Shown here: piece by piece, positions 8,798 through 15,495 of the stretch
How the letters are laid out: every line of letters begins with the position of its first letter
Position numbering within the stretch: position 1 is the first letter of the stretch
Source: Candidatus Poseidoniaceae archaeon
GTDB lineage: Archaea > Thermoplasmatota > Poseidoniia > Poseidoniales > Poseidoniaceae
Assembly (NCBI GenBank): GCA_943789275.1
Contig: CALSTM010000001.1
Location: forward strand, 420,001 to 452,000
DNA length: 32,000 nucleotides
Direction: 5' to 3'
Notes under the pieces: model-generated
What the model was told of the DNA's origin: nothing
Seen by the model: the letters and a program-made list of their open reading frames with translations, nothing else
The model's database searches: none
Program-made: the position numbers and the translations under genes

Positions 8798-9982
8798 ATG
8801 GATTGGTCATCGATTCTTGAAAGACAGGCCTTGTGGCAACCGGAATATGCTCATGAATATCGTCTATCGGCCGAAGATGCTGTTGAACTGTATCAAAATG
8901 CACCTCTCCACCAGTTGATGGGTGCCGCATTGCTCCGTAGAAATGCCATGCATGGTGAGAGTAAGGTGTCGTACCTCATTGACCGAAACATCAACTATAC
9001 CAACGTGTGTACAATTAACTGCCAGTTTTGTTCTTTTTACAGACCTCCCGGCCATGAAGAAACCTATACGCAAACCATCGATGAGATTTCTAACAGAATT
9101 GAGGAACTCGAAAACATCGAAGGAGTTCGTATTCTCATGCAAGGGGGTGTAAACCCAGACCTTTCCTTTGAATGGTATGAGAACCTTCTCAGTGAGTTGT
9201 GTACTCGTCATCCAACCATCGCAATTGATTGTTTCAGCCCGATCGAAATCGAAGGAATTGCTGAAGTGAGTGATTTATCAACACTTGAAGTATTGACTCG
9301 ACTCAAAGCAGCAGGTATGCATGGACTTCCAGGGGGCGGTGCAGAAATGCTGGTTGATGATGTTCGAAAGGATGTTTCTCCCAAAAAAGGCCTCCCTGCA
9401 AATTGGTTAAGAGTCATGGAAGAAGCTCAATCCTTAGGTTTGACTACCAGCGCTACAAACGTCATTGGTTTCGGTGAAACATTGGAGCAACGAGTCGAAC
9501 ATATGCACCGATTGAGAGAACTTCAAGACCGTTCACTTGTCCAGCACGGCATTGGATTTACATCGTTCATTGCTTGGCCGGTTCAATTGGAAGTGAACAG
9601 TTTTGGTCGCCGAAACCGTGGACAAAACAAGATTCAGCTTGGTGCAGGATCGACAGAGTACCTGCGCCATGTGGCCGTTTCGAGGCTTTTCCTCGACAGT
9701 ATTCCGAACATTCAATCCTCTTGGCCAACTATGGGCATAAAGACCGCTCAAATGGCACTGTTTGGGGGTGCGAATGATGTTGGTTCTACCATGATGGAAG
9801 AGAATGTGGTTTCAGCATCAGGTACTACGAAATTTAACGCCTCTGAAATTGAACTTCAAAACGTGATTCTCCGTGCTGGTTTCTCTCCACAACGTCGAGA
9901 CAGTGATTACGTATTTTTGGAAACCCCAGCATGCGGTACGCATATTGATGATTTACAATCTCCGCCACCATCTCAGTATTGA
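8798..9982 (+). CDS. radical SAM enzyme of the MqnC/MqnE/CofH family (futalosine-pathway menaquinone or FO-synthase type; member not resolved)
   Basis: 394 aa. Contains NINYTNVCTINCQFCSF (CxxxCxxC cluster), ILMQGGVNP, CFSPIEIEG, LPGGGAEML, TSATNVIGFGET and FTSFIAWP. TGAGGTG-N5-ATG junction with pepP. Confidence 0.8.
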   Translation: MDWSSILERQALWQPEYAHEYRLSAEDAVELYQNAPLHQLMGAALLRRNAMHGESKVSYLIDRNINYTNVCTINCQFCSFYRPPGHEETYTQTIDEISNRIEELENIEGVRILMQGGVNPDLSFEWYENLLSELCTRHPTIAIDCFSPIEIEGIAEVSDLSTLEVLTRLKAAGMHGLPGGGAEMLVDDVRKDVSPKKGLPANWLRVMEEAQSLGLTTSATNVIGFGETLEQRVEHMHRLRELQDRSLVQHGIGFTSFIAWPVQLEVNSFGRRNRGQNKIQLGAGSTEYLRHVAVSRLFLDSIPNIQSSWPTMGIKTAQMALFGGANDVGSTMMEENVVSASGTTKFNASEIELQNVILRAGFSPQRRDSDYVFLETPACGTHIDDLQSPPPSQY

Positions 9983-9983
9983 C

Positions 9984-12900
9984 TCACGAATGTGTTGTTG
10001 AGTCGTAATACACAACCCAGACTTCCGCATGGATGTTCCTCTGTCCGTTGCCGACGCCGTCCGAAGGGACATACTCCTGTCCGTTGAATAATCCTCGGTA
10101 TGTGAGGTGATTCACTCCACCGTTCATATCGCTCCAACTGGTGATGTCATATGTCCACTGCTTGACATCTTGGCCGGCACACCATCCTGCACGCCCGAAC
10201 GGCCAACTGCCGAATTGGTTTGCAACGACTCCGTTCTCGACTTGGTTTTCGCAACCCTCGTTTGAATAGACGATTGGGTGCCATTCATACGTCGTGAATC
10301 CATTCATCGAATAGTGATGTTCATGGTCGCAAAACTCAGCACAGTTTGCATTATCTTTGCCGAATCCGTGTCCAGTGATTGTTGCGACGATCTCTACTTT
10401 GTCTGCCCAAGCAGGAACGGTGAAATTGAGGTCACGGGTGTACTTCGATAGGTTGTTGTATGTACCGTCAAATTGACCGCCCGTAAATGCAAAATCTCCT
10501 GCTGCACTACGTAATCCACTCCCCCAGTTACTGAGCAGTACAGTGATGGTCAAGTCACCTTTGTTCGCTCCGCGGTATTTGAATGTTCGATTATCATCGT
10601 TTTCCAGCATGAAAAGATACGGTGAAATGTCTGTGAGCCACTTGCCTTCTCTTCCGTATGTCGTGATCCACCTCATGAATTCAGTACCGCAGGCAGAGGC
10701 ATTGTCTCGTTCACATATTCTGAGATTAGCCTCATAATCCCATTCATGGCAACCTCCGTATGTTCCATCGCTTTTTTGATAACGGTTCATGCGTTCGAGG
10801 CACGCGTGTTCATGATAGACTTCCATTGTATCGTATTCTGTTAAATTACTTGGGAATACGGTGCTCATTGTTGAAGTAAATCCGCCGCCCCAGCCTCCTG
10901 TGTGGCGGTCGAAATCCATAATCGATACCTCTTGAATACCCGCGTCATATCTTCGGATTTCGACAGGGAATTCGGCATTCCACTGAATCGGTTCATGAAT
11001 GAGATGTTTAGGATCGTTGTTGGATGAAGTCCAAGCATACAAACTGCCTGTTTCACGAGCCAATTGAAAACGGTCGATGCCCATGTACAACGGGGAATTG
11101 AAACTGGAAATCATCTGGCCTAAGCCTCCAGATATACTGTTTGCTCTCTGGTCGATGTAGTGTATTCGACCGTCCCATTCAGCCTCTTCACTCGGATTCA
11201 AGGCATTCTCTACCGCTGTTTTTTGGTTGACAACGTCGGCATGGTATGACGCATCAAATGAACCATAGAACACATGAACATTGTCTGGCATTGCTCGGAG
11301 GAAAGAACCGGGATTCTGCCCCCATGTTCCAGAATTGGAACTGCCGCTCGAATCGGTATACTTGAATAAGAAAAAGTAGATGTCGTATCCAGTCCATTGT
11401 TGTTGAAAGTTGAATGTGCCGTCAAGTGCTGGTACACTAAACTGAGGTACAGTTTGCATTGGTGCATTCAGTGACGACGAAGTTTTCCAAAGAACTGGAG
11501 ACTGAACAACGGCACACCCATCCATGTCGATTGTCCAACGTTCGGGTGAATTTGGGCACAGATCAACGTTTGCAAATACTCCATCGTTGTCGAGATCAGC
11601 ACAACCAAGAGAATTCACAATGAGTTGGGCTGGAGTTCCTGGGCATTGATCATCGAAATCGTTAACGCCGTCTGAATCAGTATCGCGTTGGACAGCTGCA
11701 CATCCGTGTTCATCCACTTGCAGTTGAATCGGAGTTTCAGGACAGAGGTCGAGAGTAACTCCTGTATTGTTGACATCGTTTATCGAATCGTTATCATCAT
11801 CCAAGTCTTCAGTCGCATCAGCGCAACCGTCGTCATCAAAATCTGTTGATTGGTCACGAATCCAGTTTGTAAGGCCCTTCGGGCAAGAATCCAATGTGTC
11901 GTTTAATCCGTCGTTATCGTCGTCGACGTCTTCGTCGAGGTCTGAACATCCATCCGCATCCCAATCGCTAAACGTGCTGGAACCCCAGCCTTGGAAACCT
12001 CTCGGGCATGAATCTACAATGTCGAGAATTCCGTCGTTATCGTCGTCATCGTCCTCATCAGCGTCGTGGCAACCATCTGAGTCATAGTCTGCATTTGGGA
12101 AACTCACCCAGCCAAAAGAATTCGGACATAAGTCAAAATCGTCGCTAACACCATCGTTGTCATCGTCATTGTCTTCTTGCAAATCATGGCAACCGTCTTG
12201 GTCTTGGTCACTTGCAGGTGTTGAGGTCCATCCATCCGCCAAACCGTATCCGTTTGGGCATCGGTCTTCTTCATCAGGTATTCCATCCCCGTCAGAATCA
12301 TCTCCTTGATTTTCGAAAAGAATTTGAGAAACAACAGAGTCATTTTTCGGGGTAAACTCACCGCACTCTACGACCGTCAATATTTCAAATGAAGATTCTG
12401 ATTCTGACAAGTCTAACAGGGTTTTCCATGTTCCGTCATCCTTTACAACAGCAGATTTCATCGAATTTTCATCGAAATTGATTTTCAAAGTACATGTTGC
12501 AATGTTGGCATGAGTCACCGTTCCTTCAAACCAAATGAGGCGCTGTTCTCCAATCTCAACAAAGACAGGAGCACTAAGAATTGGAGCATCTTCATCCACA
12601 GGAGAAACTGAAATGGTGTGGGTGAGACGTTCAGGCTTTGGTTCTAAGAACACTGCATTATTGAGCGCTTCAAATTGAATTTGAACCGTATAATCCCCTA
12701 AGTTCTCCGGTACAAAAGACAATTCAAACCCTTGATTGGTTGCTGTCCAACCATAGGCTGCGAGGGCCGTAAACTCTGGAGTGAGAATTGTTGGCTGAGC
12801 TTGCCATTGCTCGCCTTCACTGGTGACACTGATTTGAAGAACGATCGGAGTACCATCGAGAAATGCTTTTTCCGGCAAGGCTCCCCAAGTTGAGCTCAGT

Positions 12901-13025
12901 AATACGGTATTGTTGAGTTCAGAATCAGTATCTGGAGTTTCCGTTTCTGTCTCAGTTCCTGATAAACAACCTGAAACAACGAGCAATCCGACAAGCAGAA
13001 TGGCGTGGAGTGAGCGTCCTTCCAT
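9984..13025 (-). CDS. surface lipoprotein: Ig-like N-region, Cys-containing TSP3 repeat array, C-terminal PNGase F-like (peptide-N-glycosidase) domain
   Basis: The ORF runs to 13160, but ATG 13025 (M46) gives signal plus lipobox MEGRSLHAILLVGLLVVSGC and removes the overlap with the upstream gene. The C-terminal roughly 315 aa (about 9987-10930) carry CHEWDYEANL, CAEFCDHEHH and GSWPFGRAGWCAGQDV. These parallel PNGase F CDEWDRYANV, CAEWCFRTH and GNWAPDRAGWCPGMAV as I recall that sequence. Confidence 0.8.
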   Translation of the reverse strand: MEGRSLHAILLVGLLVVSGCLSGTETETETPDTDSELNNTVLLSSTWGALPEKAFLDGTPIVLQISVTSEGEQWQAQPTILTPEFTALAAYGWTATNQGFELSFVPENLGDYTVQIQFEALNNAVFLEPKPERLTHTISVSPVDEDAPILSAPVFVEIGEQRLIWFEGTVTHANIATCTLKINFDENSMKSAVVKDDGTWKTLLDLSESESSFEILTVVECGEFTPKNDSVVSQILFENQGDDSDGDGIPDEEDRCPNGYGLADGWTSTPASDQDQDGCHDLQEDNDDDNDGVSDDFDLCPNSFGWVSFPNADYDSDGCHDADEDDDDDNDGILDIVDSCPRGFQGWGSSTFSDWDADGCSDLDEDVDDDNDGLNDTLDSCPKGLTNWIRDQSTDFDDDGCADATEDLDDDNDSINDVNNTGVTLDLCPETPIQLQVDEHGCAAVQRDTDSDGVNDFDDQCPGTPAQLIVNSLGCADLDNDGVFANVDLCPNSPERWTIDMDGCAVVQSPVLWKTSSSLNAPMQTVPQFSVPALDGTFNFQQQWTGYDIYFFLFKYTDSSGSSNSGTWGQNPGSFLRAMPDNVHVFYGSFDASYHADVVNQKTAVENALNPSEEAEWDGRIHYIDQRANSISGGLGQMISSFNSPLYMGIDRFQLARETGSLYAWTSSNNDPKHLIHEPIQWNAEFPVEIRRYDAGIQEVSIMDFDRHTGGWGGGFTSTMSTVFPSNLTEYDTMEVYHEHACLERMNRYQKSDGTYGGCHEWDYEANLRICERDNASACGTEFMRWITTYGREGKWLTDISPYLFMLENDDNRTFKYRGANKGDLTITVLLSNWGSGLRSAAGDFAFTGGQFDGTYNNLSKYTRDLNFTVPAWADKVEIVATITGHGFGKDNANCAEFCDHEHHYSMNGFTTYEWHPIVYSNEGCENQVENGVVANQFGSWPFGRAGWCAGQDVKQWTYDITSWSDMNGGVNHLTYRGLFNGQEYVPSDGVGNGQRNIHAEVWVVYYDSTTHS
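11502..12305 (-). repeat. tandem coding repeats: 4 units of about 41 aa (CP..GW..D.D.DGC.D..ED.DDDNDG..D..D.CP), then 3 units of the shorter D.D.DG..D..D.CP.TP....V...GC type
   Basis: Read from the translation (aa 286-553 of the 1058-aa ORF). CP cysteines fall at aa 301, 345, 385, 426 and 473. The plus-strand Ser-rich ORF 11767-12087 is its antisense shadow. Confidence 0.85.
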
Positions 13026-13063
13026 GGCGTGAATACTTCGATGAGATTGATGAATGTTTCCAA

Positions 13064-14209
13064 TCACACTGGAACAGATTCTGCACGTCCATCGTTGGTT
13101 GGTAGAATTGAAATTGCGGACGTTGAGGTCGGGTGATGTACTGCAAGCGGCAATACCCACAAGAGTGGCCCTCCTTTGGTGCGTTGAATTCGGACAATGA
13201 CTTCCCAGTGTATGCGTATGAGGCCGCTTGAGACGGTACCTGGCCAGTTCAATGTTGGGGGTTCAAGAATCATTACCTGGTCACTGAGAGGAATTTTCCC
13301 GGCAGTTTCCATGCTACGCATCGGTCGAAGAAATAACCCTCCCTTCATCTCTCGAGTTTCCATTGGTGCCTCCTCGCCTCCACCAGTACCGTCATCGAGA
13401 CCCATTTCCCAGTGGTGTGGTAATTCGGTTGTGAGGCCCGCTGGAGGCTGTTTTGTTTCAGCAACACCGAGGTTGCGGAAGATTTCTTCGCGTGCGGGAG
13501 GAAGTGCACCTACACGCCATAGAATCTCGATGTCGTTCCAGTCTTCTCGTTTCTCGTCGATAGTAACTTTGATTTTTAGTGGCTCCCCTGCAATGGGTTG
13601 TTCTACCAATGTGACAACAGGGTCAACAGGTTTGGATTTCAAAAAATTCTGTTGCTGCATCAAGTCTGCCAAATTCGCCCCAACCCTGAGGGCAAGTGGG
13701 ACAAAAAGGAAAGGAACGACAATGATTGCCAGCAGGGGATAATCGAGTAAACCTATTCGAACAGTAGCTGTGCCGATTCCAGGCACTCCGAGTGAACGAA
13801 GGAACGGTTCGATGAATAAATATCCGAGAGTAATGAGTAAAATGATAACCGTTTTGGAAATGAAGTTTCGCACCGCTGCGTGTATTGGGTTTGGTGTGAG
13901 ATACCATCCCTGCCGTTGCTTATTGACGGGCAGTGGTTTCTTGTTTTTTTCCAGTACATTATCCTCCCTCTCTACTCCTTCATCACGAAATGGCACCCCA
14001 TCGATGAGGTACCTTTGTTCAACAAGCCACGATGCTTCATCACCGAGTTTAAAACTCGGAGCGAGTGATTGAAGAGAGCGTACAAGTTCTTCGTAATCGC
14101 CTGTTCCCACCGTGTCGACTGAACGAACAATGGGGAGTTCGGCCGGAATGAATCTGTGTGGTTCAAATGGAGGATACCGAATACGCTGTTCGACTTGTAA
14201 TTCAACCAC
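13064..14209 (-). CDS. hypothetical membrane protein (cytoplasmic N-domain, 2-3 TM segments, beta-rich C-domain)
   Basis: 381 aa. The GTG start is preceded by TGAGGTG-N5, with the stop of the upstream reductase embedded in the SD, which argues for real coupled translation. TM segments TVIILLITLGYLFIEPFL and LLDYPLLAIIVVPFLFVPLAL. No family recognised. Confidence 0.65.
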   Translation of the reverse strand: MVELQVEQRIRYPPFEPHRFIPAELPIVRSVDTVGTGDYEELVRSLQSLAPSFKLGDEASWLVEQRYLIDGVPFRDEGVEREDNVLEKNKKPLPVNKQRQGWYLTPNPIHAAVRNFISKTVIILLITLGYLFIEPFLRSLGVPGIGTATVRIGLLDYPLLAIIVVPFLFVPLALRVGANLADLMQQQNFLKSKPVDPVVTLVEQPIAGEPLKIKVTIDEKREDWNDIEILWRVGALPPAREEIFRNLGVAETKQPPAGLTTELPHHWEMGLDDGTGGGEEAPMETREMKGGLFLRPMRSMETAGKIPLSDQVMILEPPTLNWPGTVSSGLIRIHWEVIVRIQRTKGGPLLWVLPLAVHHPTSTSAISILPTNDGRAESVPV

Positions 14210-14218
14210 AACAGCACC

Positions 14219-15463
14219 TCATCTAAACAAGAGTTTCGACCCTGCTCTCAATGCAAGTTTACGGAAGGCGGGAACTTTCTTCACCAACGCTAATCCAAGG
14301 GGGACTGGCTTCTCAATATCACCAATTTCATTGATGAGTTCAAGAACATCAGGTCGAGCAAAATTTGTAAAATGTCCATCAAGTTCAGCATCGCTCACAT
14401 CACTCACCAGTAGATTACGAAGGGCTCGTGCTTTGTCCTGATCCTTCTTCATGGCCTTGAAATGCTTTGAACTAATTTTGGTCAGATGCTTTTCCGATAA
14501 ATTGTCATCGGATATGGCTTGACTCAACGGTTTTAGAATCCCGCTGATTTGTCGAAATCCTGGCCCAATACCCCCACCTGTCGTCGGCTTAGCCATGCCT
14601 GCAGCGTCTCCTAATAGCATGACTCGGTTCTTGACGGTGTTCTTCACCATGCCACTTGGAATTGGTCCGCAGAAGCGGGCTACTTCCTTGATATTGGAAA
14701 ATCTGTCTTTCCAAAGTGGATGAGATTTCAAATCGTCGTAACACTGTTCGACACTTCTTCCTTTCAGACGTTCTGGTGTCGACCATACACCGATTCGATG
14801 TGTTCCAAAACCCGACGGAATGACCCAGGCAAAGAATCCCGGAGCAATTTCGGAACCACTGTACATGTCGAGCCATCGGTTGCTTCCTTCGTATCCAAGA
14901 ACTTCGGCCTGGAATCCAATCATCATCTCTTTGGGCCTTCCCATTTTGAAATGTCGGCGAGTCCAACTGTGCGCACCGTCACACCCGATGAGGAGTTTAC
15001 ACGTCAGAGAAATCAACTCACCGTTTGATTCAACTTCCAGAGCCACATGTTCATCGGTAACTGCTGCATTGACTGGCCGTGAATCCAGCCATAGGCTTGC
15101 ACCGGCTTCCATGCCTTGTTGTACAACGCCTTGGTCGAATTTCTTCCGACATACGACGTATGTTCTCAATTTACCATCCGTGCCAACAGGCACAAGTGTT
15201 CCGCTTGGGCCGTGTATTCGAGCACCATCGACTTCTTCGAGCACCGAATCATACAAACCCACTTCTTTGAGTGCTTTTGGAGTTACGAGGCCAGCGCATT
15301 GGAATGGTCTTCCGATTTCAGTGTGTTCTTCAAGCATCAAAACACGGTGTCCGAGTGCTGCCAAATGTGTAGCAGCTCGACCACCCGTTGGGCCTGCGCC
15401 AACGATGATGACATCCCATTCGGACTGCTTCATGTTGTGAGTGCGTAGCCGGTTGAACATCAA
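14219..15463 (-). CDS. geranylgeranyl reductase family flavoprotein (archaeal lipid / isoprenoid saturation)
   Basis: WDVIIVGAGPTGGRAATHLA (FAD Rossmann fold), LIGCDGAHS, RVMLLGDAAGMAKPTTGGGI. Position 15463 is TTG; the true start is probably ATG 15460 or ATG 15433 (MKQSEWDVIIVGAG). Confidence 0.85.
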   Translation of the reverse strand: MMFNRLRTHNMKQSEWDVIIVGAGPTGGRAATHLAALGHRVLMLEEHTEIGRPFQCAGLVTPKALKEVGLYDSVLEEVDGARIHGPSGTLVPVGTDGKLRTYVVCRKKFDQGVVQQGMEAGASLWLDSRPVNAAVTDEHVALEVESNGELISLTCKLLIGCDGAHSWTRRHFKMGRPKEMMIGFQAEVLGYEGSNRWLDMYSGSEIAPGFFAWVIPSGFGTHRIGVWSTPERLKGRSVEQCYDDLKSHPLWKDRFSNIKEVARFCGPIPSGMVKNTVKNRVMLLGDAAGMAKPTTGGGIGPGFRQISGILKPLSQAISDDNLSEKHLTKISSKHFKAMKKDQDKARALRNLLVSDVSDAELDGHFTNFARPDVLELINEIGDIEKPVPLGLALVKKVPAFRKLALRAGSKLLFR

Positions 15464-15495
15464 CCTTCGCTCTCATTCCGGGCAAACAGTGGGTT

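Noticed and set aside
11767-12087. Ser-rich 106-aa ORF
   Set aside because: It is the antisense reading of the GAY-rich Asp repeat array of the PNGase-like lipoprotein and is not an independent gene.
13026-13160. Apparent 97-nt coding overlap between the 1058-aa ORF and the 381-aa gene
   Set aside because: It is an artefact of ORF extension. The internal ATG at 13025 begins a canonical signal plus lipobox, and the preceding 45 codons look non-coding.
13197-13742. 181-aa plus-strand ORF, together with similar long antisense ORFs at 14820-15440, 29793-30392, 5165-5776 and 30679-31140
   Set aside because: All lie entirely antisense to genes with strong family signatures or SD-supported starts. 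They have low-complexity Ser/Pro/Arg-rich translations typical of shadow frames.
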